From assembly GCF_009914755.1 (NCBI RefSeq), contig NC_060948.1: 64,000 nucleotides of DNA; one strand, 5' to 3'. The position numbers and the translations under genes are program-made. The stretch comes from the human T2T-CHM13v2.0 reference genome, Homo sapiens. Shown here piece after piece: positions 48,595 to 62,492 of the stretch. The first letter of the stretch is position 1. Every line of letters begins with the position of its first letter. Under the pieces are notes generated by a model. That model did not search any database and had not been told where the DNA came from. It was given only the letters and a program-made list of their open reading frames with translations.

Positions 48595-50042
48595 CTTCCC
48601 AAACAATTAAAAATTCCCAATAGAAGAAGCATTAATTATATCAAAAAGTGGTGGACCAAGAAGGAACTATTAGCCTCATATCTCAAGAAAGACTCCAGTC
48701 AAGGCCTAGGGACTACTCATGAAAAGAGTTTAATAGCCGACTCTCTCCCAGTGGATCTGGATTCCACCGGACTGTATCTTCACAGTAAGGGTGAAACAGA
48801 AGCAAACCCATTCCTATTTCCAAGCTCAAGGAACTTTGGTCAAAGTTCTCTTGGAGCTGAGCAGAACAAGGAGGCAAACAGAAAAGATTTGTGTCCCTGA
48901 GAAGTCATGGCCACAGGCTGGCTATCACACAGATTGTCAAGCCAGTTCCATATTGCATGGGTATTACAGAAAATCTCAAAACATAAATTTGTGTGTGGGT
49001 TGTCCCAGAGTAGCAGGATCTGGCAGAAGGAAATTTCCTTCTAACCCTCAAAGAATCCACATAAATCTTGTTACATTTGGGATTTTACGATTTGCTTCAG
49101 GAATGAGAATGGCCTTAATTTTCATATCTTTTTCTACACTCAGTTTATGTCTTGTTGGCATCAAAGTTCTGCTTCCTTCACACAATGAGTTTAGGATTTT
49201 CCCTTTTTTATTCTATAGAATTCTTCATATATATTGAAATGCTCTGCCTGGGGAAAAAAATCTGAGCCTAGCGTTTTATCTCTAGGAAGAATCCTTTATT
49301 TCCTTGAACATTTATGAGACTATACAGATTATATATGTCTTCTTGTATCAATTTTACTAAGCTATATACATAGCTTATGTTTATATATTATATATATAAA
49401 TGTAAGATACAAATATAAAAATTATGTATAAATATGAAAATATATATAGAAAGCGATATATATGTCTATATATATAGACAGATTATAAATATCTGTCTAT
49501 TTGATCTAAGTTTTCAAATTTGTAGGTTAAGGTGTTAACGATATTTCCTTATTAGCTTCTTAATCTATGCTGTATCTATGGTTGTGTACCTTTTAAATTC
49601 TTAGTTTTATCTATGTTTTCTCCCTTTTTTTCTAAACTTGACTGACGGTTGCATCATTTATTATATTTCTCCAACAAGCAAAGGTTAGCTTTGTATGTTT
49701 TACTAATTTTGTCTACATCATTATTCCCACACTTTAGTTTTTCAGAATTGATTCTGTTGTTTCTTTTCTAATTCTTTATTGAAATATCTAGTACATTAAT
49801 TTTCAAGTTATTAGAGAAATATTTGTCTGTAAACTCCTATTGTAATATCACTTTTCTTGCTACTCACAGATTTAATCTTTAATATTGGCGGTATCATTGA
49901 GTTCTAAGTACATTTCAATTCCTAGTATGATAATCTATGAATTGCTGAGAAATAGTGTTTACAATTTTGTTGTTCTATTTCCACTTAAGTTTATTTTTAC
50001 TTCTGCTAACTCAATTGAAAATTCTTTACTAATTTTTAAAAT

Positions 50043-50157
50043 CCTTGAACCCAAGAGATGGAGGTTGCAGTGAGCTGAGATCAGGCCACTGCATTCCAGA
50101 CTGAGTGACAGAGTGGAACGAGATTTCAAAACAAAACAAAACAAAACAAAACAAAAC
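50043..50157 (+). mobile_element. Alu right-arm fragment with (CAAAA)n tail, unit 2
   Basis: Copy of 29,698-29,812. Confidence 0.85.
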
Positions 50158-51705
50158 AGTCACTGGAAAGATAATAAAATACATAAATGTGGGATGTAAT
50201 ATGTAATCGTGATAAAATAAACTGGATTTTTTGTATAAGTTATACATATAAATGTAATGCCAAGACACTGATAAGACAACTCATGGTCTTATCTCAATAC
50301 TTAGTGTCTTCATGTAACATATGTCCTTTAGGATAGTTATAGTCCGTTTTCTTTCCAGGAGAGACAGATGAGAATGCAGAAATGTTAAAGTGCAAGGGAC
50401 GGAAGCTTCCAGCTGTGCCCACCTGTAACCTGACGTAGACAGTTCCACCGTTTGCTTCATTAATCATGCCAAAGGCTCTAATGCAAATGTGGTACAGAGT
50501 CACATGTTTTTGTATCTACATGATAGAAACTATAACTTCATCCCTATATAGAAGGGTATATAGCATATGCCTCAGTGATAAATATAAGTGAATCATTGAT
50601 CAGTAGGAAACCATTTTAAAAGTCTTTCATAACAGAACAAAATCCCTGAAAACATTTTCTTCTCAATCTCTGAGTTTTCTTACACGGCTTATGAATCTCT
50701 AGCCATACTAAAGAGATAGTATGCTGCTCTTCCCACAAATTATTCATTGTATATAATTCCTGTAATCTAATAACAGTACCTTTACACCTCAGGGTTTAAA
50801 ATGACTCCAACCTTTTTCTGTTTCTCCAATTAAAATAACTTTTTTAAGGTTTAATCTTCAGTAATTTTTTGTAGTAATATTTTTGAAGGTATTTGACCAG
50901 GATGATTTGCTTATATACCTACCTGACGTCTCCCTTTCTTCTGAATACATATTTTATTACCCACCTATTAGATCTAAGTTTAAGAAGTTGGAATAGGGAT
51001 TTAAATCTAAATTCTACATTTGAATTTACAGGAGTCAGCGAGTCCGGGAAGTGCCTTTATGCACAGACCAATATCTGGCAATGGCACCAGGAGACAAATA
51101 AGCTTTACCAGTCTCAAAGCCCTGGCTACTACAGTGAATCCACCCTTCTCCTGGATCTTATCTACTTCAGCAAAAGAAGGCCACCCACTAAACCAGGCCC
51201 TTGTACTTTGGGTGGAAACTCCTAAGTCCTCTAGTCTCCTCAAACAGACAGCCAGGCTGCCAATTTCCACAATAATAATTTCTATAGCACTGAGTCTTTG
51301 GTAGCCTTGTAACTATAGCTACTGATGCTACAGTCTGGTCCCTGTATGATAAAACACCAGAGCAACAGAAACAAAAATATTGACTGAAGCCTTCTAAAAT
51401 CTCTCTAAATATACCTTCAATAAATATCGTTTTTTTTTACAGAACGACTGCTTTCAGCTTCCTGAACGAACGCTTGGCCTTCGCTAGTTGTCACTGTTGA
51501 AATTGATTCAAAAGTGTACATTTAACATGAAAGTCAACACAGAATTTCATGTGTCAGCAACTAAAATTTTCAAAATGTTGCAAAATACAAATGTGAAACT
51601 GTATTTGTGAAATTTACCATTCATTGAAATTATATTTTCATACCTACCCAGGCACAGAATTTTTTATAACTGTCTGCATGTTCTCCTCATGTGGGGGAAA
51701 AACAG

Positions 51706-51817
51706 CATCAGCAGGCAGAGGAATCCTTTGAAGCTGGAGGGAGAGGTTGCAGTGATCTGAGAGTTTGCCACTTGACTGCAGCCTGGATGACACAGTGAGA
51801 CTCCAACTGAAAAGAAA

Positions 51818-51854
<37 letters not shown>

Positions 51855-51919
51855 CCAAAATTGATAAGTAAAAAAAAAATCCGTATTCGAAAACATGCTC
51901 ACAGGCTAACTCCCATATC

Positions 51920-51974
<55 letters not shown>
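51706..51974 (+). repeat. Alu fragment plus two (CA)n microsatellites at the unit 2/3 junction
   Basis: Copy of 31,360-31,636 with different CA lengths. Confidence 0.85.
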
Positions 51975-51976
<2 letters not shown>

Positions 51977-52402
51977 TCCTTGAAAACGAAAGTTCCACAA
52001 GGGCGAAACAAGAAAACAAATTTAACACCCCCCAAAGAAAGTACGAAGAGTAACCTCAAAAGAACCGCAGGGGAAAACAATTCAAAATTTACAAGTATCT
52101 ACCCTAAAAGAAGCTGAAAGTCCCTCAAAAACTTTCCAGAGGCCATGTCCTTGTATTACAAAAATGATCATAAAAACTGGCAGGAGTAGACGAATAGAAA
52201 TGCATCTTAAAACTTGCTGAACACTTCAAGTCTCCCATAAGAATTGTAATGGAAAATGGATCAGTCGGCAGTTTTTTCCATACAATTATGAACAAATTAT
52301 ATTTCTTCATACATAGATTTGTTTTTTCAATATTCTAAGGAATTAACTTTTATATTAATAGTAGGTGATGTAAGAAAGCAGGCCTTTATCAAGATAACTG
52401 AC

Positions 52403-55400
52403 ACTGGATGTCCATACCATTACTCAGGTGGGCCTTAATTCCCAGCCAGGTTCCCTCCCTGGACACACACTGAAGGTCCCCAGCCATTTGGCAATCTCTT
52501 CACATTCCCAGCCCTGGAGGTAGCCCTAAAATACATGTACCTGAAGAAAATAAAACATTGCCTCACACTGGAGCCCAGTGTGGTCCTCCAGATTCCGTGT
52601 GAGGTGGACTAACTTATATGGGAAGGCAGGGCAGCAGGAGTGAGGATGGCAGAGAGGATTACACATGTCAAGGCAGCCGGGGTCATGGAAACAAAACATG
52701 ACTGGCCTGGGAGAAACACTGTGAAAGGACACAGACCTAGGTGGGCCTCAGGTGGACATCCTCATGGAGAAAAAGGGGGCCCTGGTTGATCTCAAAATGA
52801 GCCCCAGGTGGTAGCAGGTCTTACCGCAGGGCAGGGAGCTGGCGAGTAATGATGAGACAGCTATCCCTTAAGCCCTGCTTGTCACCCACTGACTTTAGCC
52901 ACATATGCATCATAGTGGCTTAAGGTGCCCCGATCCTGAAATGTGGGTGTTACATGTCCCTGATGGGCCTCTCTCCCCCAACCCACGGATTGCCTGGGAT
53001 TGCTCACTGCAGTCTCCTCCCGGATCCTTGGGTTCTCCATGTGGGGCCCAGATCCAGGTCAAAAGGCCTCTCAGTTCCCAGCCCTTCCCAGCCCTAGGCT
53101 GCTCGCCTGGCCTCCTCTCTGTTCCGCCTCTAGGGCTGACCCTCTCTCCATGGGATAGAACTGCAATGGATTGAGCCATAGGCCCTGGCTGATGATCTAG
53201 GGGACTGCAGAAGTGGGTCCAGGACAGTTCAGGTGACAGTTCAAAGCCAATTCCCCAGAGACCAAGGAATGACCAGCTAGGTCCTTTCCCATGATGCCCC
53301 ACGGCGAACCCCACCTCAGCAATCCTGCCAAAACCCGGGCAGTCATGTTCAGCCAAACAGCTGAATGAGCTCAGGTAGGAGGTGTACTGCCTGCAGCTGG
53401 AGGCTTGACCTTCGTGATCCCAGAACCGCTGGACTGCAGTGGAATGAGACACCCTGTAGCCTGCAGGGAGAGGAGTCAGGAAGGTTCATGCCAGTCCCAC
53501 CCTCCCACACACCAGCTCCCCTACCATGCTGGGAGGCATTCCTTACCGAGGATGCCAACACAGTGCTCCTTCATGATGATTTCACTGTGGAAATAAAGGT
53601 TGGGATGAAAGGAAATCATCCTGCCACCGGTAACCGGGATGGCTGAGTTCCTCCACCTGCCGGATCAAGGAGAAAGAGGATGGATTCAATGGGACCATCT
53701 CAACTAGCTGGGCTGAGGTGGCCTACTAGCTGTAGTGAACCATGAGTTTCCCCTTCCCAGCTCTCCCACTGAGACAACCCTGGTCCCCAGGGGGACCTCA
53801 AACTGACTCAGACACTGGACTCCTCCCACAGACCCAGGCTCCCCAGCCTGACCTGCAAATCCATCACGTAGCAAAGCAGGACTTCCGCATGCTTTCCGAC
53901 CCACGCCGACATCTCGGGTGTGCCAAACAATCTACCTCTGCGCAAGAACTCTCCAGAGGATTGGGTGGGCAAGCCTCGTGACGCCTTGCAATTTCGCAAG
54001 AACACAGACAATGTGGAACAGGGCCATCTCCCAGACATTTGGCCAGTCACCCTTCATTGTTGGCCCTCTATCTCTGTCTGGCGAGGAGGCAACGCCACAA
54101 CTGTGGTGGGTTTTGGAGTGGGTGGACCCCGGCCAAGACGGCCTGGGCTGACCAGAGACGGGAGGCAGAAAAAGTGGGCAGGTGGTTGCAGCTGAGGGAC
54201 GGGAGGGACCGGGGGTGGTGTGAGGCGGCTGCTTCTCTGAGTTTCTGAGATGCAGGAGGCCTTTGTGTGCTGGGTGCTGGACATGCTCCGCTGATGTCCG
54301 GGTGTGTGGTGTCCTCTTATCCTAGTCTCCCTGAGGGGTGGGCCTGTCCACCTGAGGGAAGCCTTGTAGTTAGAAGCCACAGCAGGGTCGTGCCTGGCGC
54401 TCTCCAAGGGAATTGCGTGGGTCCAGAGGAAGTTATACAGGCTCAGGGCCTACACGCCTTTGAGTGCAGCGCCTGCAGTTGGATGAATGCGCATCTGCGG
54501 AGCTGGTGCCCGCCGTCAGGTGGTCGGCAGCCCCATGCGCCGCGAACCCGTCTTAAGCACCTTGTGTTTCTGGGGTGAGCCTGCTGGAAACAGGCACCGA
54601 GAGCAGGGGTGGTTCAATGGCTGGTAATGGCATACAGATTCCCCGTCCTCCAGGGACGTTCCCAGGGAAACGCGTCCTTCGAATTTGGGCTGTGCGCAAA
54701 GGGACCTTGGCGCCGCGATTCTCCCTTGTCAGTGCTGGCCCTGGCTCCCCTTCCCTACCACGTGCTCCCAGGGCTGCTACAAGCGAGCTGCCCTCACAGC
54801 TGCGGGAACGTGGCCTCGGCTCCCACGCTGTCCCCCATCCCCTGCCTCCTGGCTGACCCCACGTGCCTCCCACCTGGCTCCTCCCCCCAAACAGCCCCCA
54901 TACCCCCGAGGCCCGATGACTATCCCCTGCTGCCCGCCATCCCAAATCGGCAGCCGCAAGGATATGGCTCTGGCTCACAAGGCGGAGATGCTCTGTGGCC
55001 TGGGGCATTCACGGAGCCCAGCTCCAAGTGAAGGACCTCCAGCGAGTCCATTGACGGCCCCGGTGTGCTCGGTCCAGGGCCAGGCTGTGCCCGCTGGCCC
55101 TCCTTCTGCCACCCCACGTCGGGCTCCACCTCAACCACCACCTCCACCTCAGCCATGATGTCTTCCACCTTCAGCACCGCCTCCTCTTCCAAGGCCGCCT
55201 CCTTGCTCTGTACCCCGGCCGTCCTCTCCAGCATTGCCTCCAGCCTGAACACGGTTTTCTCCTGGGTGCTCCCACAGACCCTGGGCCTGCGCAGCCCAGC
55301 CCAGCCCAGCCCATGCCCCGCACCCGTAGGCTCTGGGGGCCCGCTCCCCAGCAGACCCGCTCCCTGCAAGACCCACGGGCGTCGCCCTGCTGTGAACCTG

Positions 55401-55435
55401 GTCCCACACCTACGTGGACCCAGGTTTCCTGAGGA
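52403..55435 (-). pseudogene. FAM197Y: Inverted degenerate TSPY paralogue (relic A), unit 3; probably overlaps the FAM197Y transcript
   Basis: Copy of 32,065-35,096 with a 2-nt insertion in the exon 2 remnant (~53,917). Confidence 0.7.
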
Positions 55436-56835
55436 GCTCCGCTGGACCCGCAGATCCCGCACTGGCCAAAGGGCTCCGGTCCCCAGCAGGCTCAACTGCG
55501 CACAGGAGCTCGGGAGCCAGAGGCCCCGGCCCTGGGCTTGCAGAGCCCCACCAACAGGCACCGCAACCGCTGCTGCGGGTGCGGGAGCCTCTGGGTCGTC
55601 AAGGCAGCGCACAACAGCGTGCGCGCAGGCCGACAATGGCCAACCCTGGCGGCTGGCCTCTGGTGTGCCCAGGGCATAGGACAAGAGGCCCTTTGGAATG
55701 CTCCTTGGAGTACAGCATCCTCAGGGAGGAAGCATGGTACTCGGAGCCTCTATTTGCCTCGACCTGTGAGAGTGTGTGCCGGGGCTCTGGCCTCTACAGC
55801 AGATCAATTCCACCTCAGCACCGGCAGGCGACTTTCCTCCCACGTGCCCGCCCCGATCACTTCCCCCAGGACACCCCTGCCGCCCTAGCCCCAGCAACCA
55901 GAGAGAGTTCTCTGCATCTGCTGTATTACCTCCGTACCATCTACCTGGCCTGCCTAACGAAGAGAGATGTTTCCTGTGTTCATGACACATAGAGATGTTC
56001 ATGGCTTGCCACACTGAGGATGTCAGGGCACAGGGCTGCCATGCCCACAATTCCAAAGGCCACGCAGCCCGCGTGTGCCCGGATGCCTAGCTACCCGGCA
56101 CAAGCTCCAAGGGCTTCTCGGAGGAGGCTTGGGCAGGGAAGGCGGGGGGTGGGGGGGCTGGAGATGCAGGCCCGCCAGTGGCTGTGCCGCCCAGGGAGAC
56201 GCCCACCGCCCTCCCATTGACTGGCCACGACGGGAGGAAGTCGGCCTGGGTGCGGCCCCCCGGCCCTTCGCGCGCAGTCCCTTAGGGGGCGCCTGGAAGC
56301 CCGGCGCATGCGCCCTGAGGGCTCGCTGACCTACTGGGTGCCAGAGAGGCTGCGGCAGGGTTTCTGTGGCGTGGGTCGGGCAGCACAGGCCTTGGTGTGT
56401 GCGAGTGCCAAGGAGGGCACCGCCTTCAGGATGGAGGCTGTACAGGAGGGGGCGGCCGGGGTGGAGAGTGAGCAGGCGGCTTTGGGGGAGGAGGCGGTGC
56501 TGCTGTTGGATGACATAATGGCGGAGGTGGAGGTGGTGGCGGAGGAGGAGGGCCTCGTGGAGCGGCGGGAGGAGGCCCAGCGGGCACAGCAGGCTGTGCC
56601 TGGCCCTGGGCCCATGACCCCAGAGTCTGCACTGGAGGAGCTGCTGGCCGTTCAGGTGGAGCTGGAGCCGGTTAATGCCCAAGCCAGGAAGGCCTTTTCT
56701 CGGCAGCGGGAAAAGATGGAGCGGAGGCGCAAGCCCCAGCTAGACCGCAGAGGCGCCGTCATCCAGAGCGTCCCTGGCTTCTGGGCCAATGTTGTATCCT
56801 TCTCAGTGTTTCTTCGGCCTTTCTAGTGGAGAGGT
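54486..56835. promoter_or_regulatory. CpG island / divergent promoter region, unit 3
   Basis: Copy of 13,850-16,200. Confidence 0.72.
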
Positions 56836-58870
56836 GCTCTCGGGGAAGTGTAAGTGACCGATGGGCAGCTCGGCGTCGATGTGACTCTTTGGGGAACAAA
56901 GGGGAGTTGCCACGGACCAATGTGGCTGTGGAAAGCCGGAGCAGGCGTGGGTACTATTGTCCTGCATGCGGCAGAGAAACCCTTGGTGATGCCGAGCAGC
57001 AGACGTTTGGGGCATCTTTTTGAAGAGCAGAAGCGAGTTCAGAGCGGAAGAGGTTTTTCAGTGAATGAAGCTATTTTTAAGGGAGTGTGATTGCTGCCCC
57101 TTGCTAGTCCGATCTGGGACTGGGCGTCTTCGGCTATAAGCAGATTCTGCCACTCCTCAGACACCAGCAAGTCTCTGCAAATCGCGCCTCCCCATGTCAG
57201 TGCAGTCAGCCTCAGAATCATACACCCTCTGTGAACACAGGAGGCCTTAGTTTACGGGGAGGGGGAGGCGAAAGGAGATCATACATGGAAGCAGATCTGA
57301 GAAATCCCCTACCCCAGCCTCTGGGTGCTCTTAGGCCTTCTTCCCTGTTGCTCCTCGCTTTCCCTTCCATCGTGTGTAAAGTCTCTTTGACCTAAATCAG
57401 ATTGCAAACCACCCCCAGATGTCAGCCCTGATCACTGACGAAGATGAAGACATGCTGAGCTACATGGTCAGCCTGGAGGTGAGGCCAGGAAGACTGGGGC
57501 TAGAGGGTTTAGCGGGGGAGGGTAAGGGAAATAATTCATTCCTGTAAGCAAGAGTGAGCACCTCACCCGAAAACCTATCTAAGCTTTCTCCACCTTGTCC
57601 TGACAGGTGGAAGAAGAGAAGCATCCTGTTCATCTCTGCAAGATCATGTTGTTCTTTCGGAGTAACCCCTACTTCCAGAATAAAGTGATTACCAAGGAAT
57701 ATCTGGTGAACATCACAGGTGACAGGTGGCTCCCAGGATGGGTAGTGGAAGGAAGATGGTGGGTGGATCATTGCCAACGGGATCCAGCCCCCTTCCCACA
57801 AAAACTCCTGTCTCTGTAGAATACAGGGCTTCTCATTCCACTCCAATTGAGTGGTATCCGGATTATGAAGTGGAGGCCTATCGCCGCAGACACCACAACA
57901 GCAGCCTTAACTTCTTCAACTGGTTCTCTGACCACAACTTCGCAGGATCTAACAAGATTGCTGAGGTGAGTCCTCACTGGGAAACATGAGGAATGACCCC
58001 GTGTGTTCCCAGCTGCTTGGGTCACCTTTCTGAGCCCTGATGAGGCCTTTCCCGATTGAGTCCCCTGACAGATCCTATGTAAGGACCTGTGGCGCAATCC
58101 CCTGCAATACTACAAGAGGATGAAGCCACCTGAAGAGGGAACAGAGACGTCAGGTGAGCCGTTAGTTGGCACTGGAGCTGTTTGATGCCCAGTATAAGGG
58201 GGTTGACACACCTGCCTATTCAGGGAGCCTGGGTGCTCATTTCAGAAATGTAGAAATTGAGGCTCCTTTCGTACATGTAGAAATTCCTTGAGAGGAAGAC
58301 AGAGAGTGACAGAATCCAGGACGTTCATGGCATTGGGCTGAAAAGGCACGTTAGAGACTGCACTGCAAAGCGGGTGATAGCTGTGGAGTCTTAAGCCCAG
58401 TGAAGAATCGTCCATTTCCAGAATCAATGAGAAGTAAAGCTGAAAATCATTCAGTTCAGTCTGTGGCACTTGATTCCACGGCTGTCAACCCCACCGGCAG
58501 TCATCCCACCAACCCCATGAGATTGGGCTCCCTGAATGTGCGTCCTGGTCATCCTTGCCCCAAACCACAAAGGACTGTTTAGATTGATGGATTTCCTTAA
58601 GCTGTTGCCCCATCAGACTTGTGTGTGCTTTTAGGGCCCAGTGCATCTTGTTAGCTGACTCCCCTCACAGACAATACTGGGAATGGGGCAGGGATTGCGC
58701 AGAACAGTTTGTAACACGTGGTAGGAGGAAGTTTAAGGGATCACAAATGGGGAAGGGATATCCTTTTCTCAGCGGGCCCCACAATTGAAACATTTCAAAG
58801 TATGGCTCAGAGAAAATGCGTTTTAACATGAGTTTGTGTTTCTCTAGGGGACTCCCAGTTGTTGAGTTGA
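56308..58870 (+). CDS. TSPY: TSPY copy 3, 308 aa, H144Q variant; exons 56308-56793, 57401-57478, 57607-57718, 57820-57965, 58072-58153, 58848-58870
   Basis: Intact splice sites and reading frame; codon 144 is CAG (56737-56739) versus CAC in copies 1 and 2. Confidence 0.97.
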
Positions 58871-61779
58871 ATATGATGGAGCATCAGATTTTACCTAATA
58901 CAGCAGAACTCCTAAAAAGTTACAGCCATATGCAGGACGGCAGTACTCAGCATGGTCTTATGCACAGGAACTAAAGGAAAAAGAGATCGAGTCACAAAAA
59001 TTCAGGAAGAGGGGGTAAATGTGGATTGTATGGAATGAAAAATAAACATTCTCAAGGATGTGTGACTCTGTGTCTGTGTGTGTGTGTGTGTCTTTGTGTT
59101 TGTGTGTGTGTGTGTGTGTATGTTTATCCACTTTATTCGGGTGTCATAATGAATTGATCAATCCACGTGCTTTATTCTCTTCATGGAAATAACCAGTCTG
59201 CGTTGGAGCTGGGCCTCTAAAGTTGTAGAGTGAATGGGTGTGGGATGTGTTGGGATTCTTCCTACAGGACAGAGTGGGAGAGGTAAAAGCAAAAGACAGC
59301 TTAGTTGGAGGCTGACTTCGTCCTGTGGAAGCAGAGATAGTTCAAGGAAAGGGGTTACTGGGTTTCCAGGGCCCAGTTTGCTGGGACCTCCAAAATCCTT
59401 CATTTTGGGTATCATCATACACAGTAGCTAAGCACAGGATGATGGAAATCTTAAAGTTCGCTTTCGTGTTGAATCCACATGTTCTTTTAAAGGTGAATGC
59501 ATGATCCTTTTCTGGGACAATCAGCCTCTCAGGACTTCTGAAACATCAACGTGAGAAGAAATGGGCATGCAAGGTGTATGGAGGGACTGTGGGAAAGGTG
59601 ACAGAGGCATGTGGGAAGGCATTCAGCATACGCTTTTGGTAGAGATGACTAAGGGAAAACAGAAACTTACAGAAGTGAGGGGAAAGGGGGTGGATTAGTG
59701 GAATATAAGATTGTTGGAGAATCCATCCATGGACTCTCTTGTCACTTGATGACCCAGGATATGGACACTCTTGTTGATGTTTACATCTTTAGTTGTTTTA
59801 AGCTTTTCTCCAAGATTCTGTGTTAGGTGAGGAGCCAATAACGTATGTAGCTAACAACAGTACGAGTGCATTTTGTGCTCTTGCAAAGTCTAGTGAGGCT
59901 CTATTCTCCCTCGTGATTGGCACTGCAGATTGTATCTGGAGCCCAGGGCCCCTAAATTTTCTGTGGCCTCTTCAGCATAGTTTGCCTAAGGTTTAGAACG
60001 TAAAGCGAATATAGTTGCGGAATATGTTTTGCAAGCCTCACACAGGAGGACAAAACATACAGCTTTCATTCGCGAGTGGGAGGCTGCTTCCCAGGAACAC
60101 GTGTGTCTGCACAAGACAAGGGGTTGCCTCTGTCAAGGATGGGGCAGGAGGATTTCAGTGTCGGAGGCAGAACTTTCTTTCCTGTTCCCAGATGAAACAG
60201 TTCCAACACGAGCATCCATGTTGACCACACGCTACTAGAGTGCTAACATTGCTGTCCCGTATAGACTCTGGTCAGCACAGCTTCTGTGAGAAGAGCTATG
60301 TTGTTTCAGGGAAGAGGGTTTGACAGTCAAAGTTCCTGAATCTGTTGTGGTGCCTGCAATATGCATTCTACCCCTCCTGCTCGGTGTCAAAGCAGTTGAG
60401 CTTTGAAAATCTATCGCCCGGTTTTGTCCCTGCTCCTATGCAGACCTCTGAAGCTCTGGAGCGGGAGTCTTGTCCTCCTCTGACTACCGTCCCCCTGACC
60501 CACAAACACAGGAGAAACAGGTGTTCTAAGCAAATTATTCTGAAAACAGTCGGAACCCTTTGGCCCCCTCAAGCTGCCCTGTATCCTACTGTGTGCATGT
60601 CAAAGACACTGTGGTCCAGTACGGTATCCCTATAGCGGCAATGGGGCAACAGATTGGTGTGTGCACTCTGGGCAACTCAGATTAGGAAACGTCTGGGGAC
60701 TTGCCTATAACGAGGTCGTCTTAAAACGTGTTGCCCCAAATTTAAGGCATAGGAAAATGTTGAGGAAAGGGTCTTGCAATGATTTTTCTAGGAGGTAAAT
60801 AGATAAGAAAATGACCGTAAATAGATGCCAGGGCTAGTTTTGGAGCTAGCCTGTTTTAAAGTGGTGGTAGGGGAGGAGCTTTTTCCAAGGCAGGTAGCAA
60901 ACCAGGAACTGTCTACGATGGATGGGCGTGCCACGGGTTGGTGGCTCAGCCATATTGCCACCCCACCGAGTGAATGCAGCAGACTGGGCTTCTTCCTTGA
61001 ATCCTACGTGCAATTCAGTCTAGTGATTTCACATGAGATCCCTTCTTCTGGTATTATCACAGATCGTGCTGAATTATACAGGCTGTGTAATGCTTCTTCC
61101 ACTGAATATCCGTGCACGTGGGCCACAGATGCTAAGGGCACTGACAAATTTGCACCGTGCCTCAGTAACTCGGAAGCACATCTGTGATTTGTACCGACAG
61201 GGACTTGGTGTCTTTTCGTGTTTAAAGTAGCACGTGTGTGTTTGTGGTTGCGTATGTTTATTTCTCTGTGCGGGTTTGTATATTTTCTCTGACTCCACCT
61301 GTGTCTCCGTGGTTCCGATATTTTTCCACACTCCCTGCGACAATTTGCACATGCCTATCTCTACAACCATTGTAGACTTTGTATCTGTGTCTTTGAACAT
61401 CTGTCACTCTCTCTCCCTTCCTTTTTTCTTTTCCTTCCTTTACACCCCTTTCATCCTTCCCTTGCTTCCCCACCACACTCTCTCCATCTGTATCGTCTAT
61501 GTTTCTATTCTCTATCTGGGTTTACTTTCTAATTCTGAATTCAAGGGCATTGAATTGAAAAGAAGCACTCTTCGTACTTTTATGTGTTTTAACTCATTTG
61601 GGGAATTTGGCGTGGTATTATTTACAGGGTTCTCTCTGCCCTTTCTCATTGTTCTCCCCAGCCGGGGCTGTTATTATGTGAAAGCTGGTTTCCTTCATCA
61701 CATCGCGTAGGCTCTAATGATGTTTCGTTTATTTTGATTCTCCTCACACTACATAGTTTTAATTTACCTAATGTGACTG

Positions 61780-62085
61780 TTTTTTTGTTTGTTTTCCGAG
61801 AATGGGTCTTACTCTGTCTTCTAGGTTGGACAGCAGCCCCACGATCTCAGCCCACTGCAGCCCAGGCACCACACACCCATGTGATCCTGTCAACTCAGAC
61901 TCTCACACACCTGGCAGTACAGGTGCATGCCACCCCTCCAAGCTATGTATTAATTAACTAAATACTTACTTTTTGAATGTGGGTCCATGTTGCCCCAGGC
62001 TCATCTGGAACTCCTGAGTGCAGGCAATCCTCCCACCTCAGCTTATCAAAGTGCTGGGATGACAGGTGTGACCCATGGCCCTGCC
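61780..62085 (-). mobile_element. Degenerate Alu, unit 3
   Basis: Copy of 21,148-21,453. Confidence 0.75.
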
Positions 62086-62229
62086 ATGGCTTTGTGTTTT
62101 TTGCTTTTTTCTTCCTCCTCCTCACGTCTTGTTTTGAAACATGCACTGAAGGTTTCAATTCATGGACTATAGTCTCTGTGCCTGGAATTTCTATCTTTCA
62201 ACTCATCATCAGCATTCATTGGGATTTTC

Positions 62230-62362
62230 ATATATATATACACCTATATAAGAATACCTATGTACACACATATATACGTATATACATGTATATACGTATA
62301 TATGCACATTTATATACGTATATACATGTATATACGTATATATATACATGTACACATATGTA
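62230..62362. repeat. TA-rich palindromic simple repeat, unit 3
   Basis: Direct reading of the sequence. Confidence 0.9.
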
Positions 62363-62492
62363 TTTATTTCTCAAGTTACGAAACGGCTTGCATTCTTTCC
62401 TGTGTCATGAAAAAGACTTTGCTAGAAAAGAAAAGCACTGCTTTATAATAAAATATTTTATTTGCATTTATTTTGTTAAGGCATTTTAAAAA

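Larger units (their letters stand above)
31655..51992 (+). repeat. TSPY array tandem unit 2, 20,338 bp
   Basis: Near-identical to unit 1 at offsets of 20,294-20,346. Confidence 0.95.

Noticed and set aside
15673-58870. Assigning numbered names (TSPY4, TSPY8, TSPY3 and so on) to the three copies
   Set aside because: Copy order and variants differ between Y assemblies and cannot be fixed from this sequence alone
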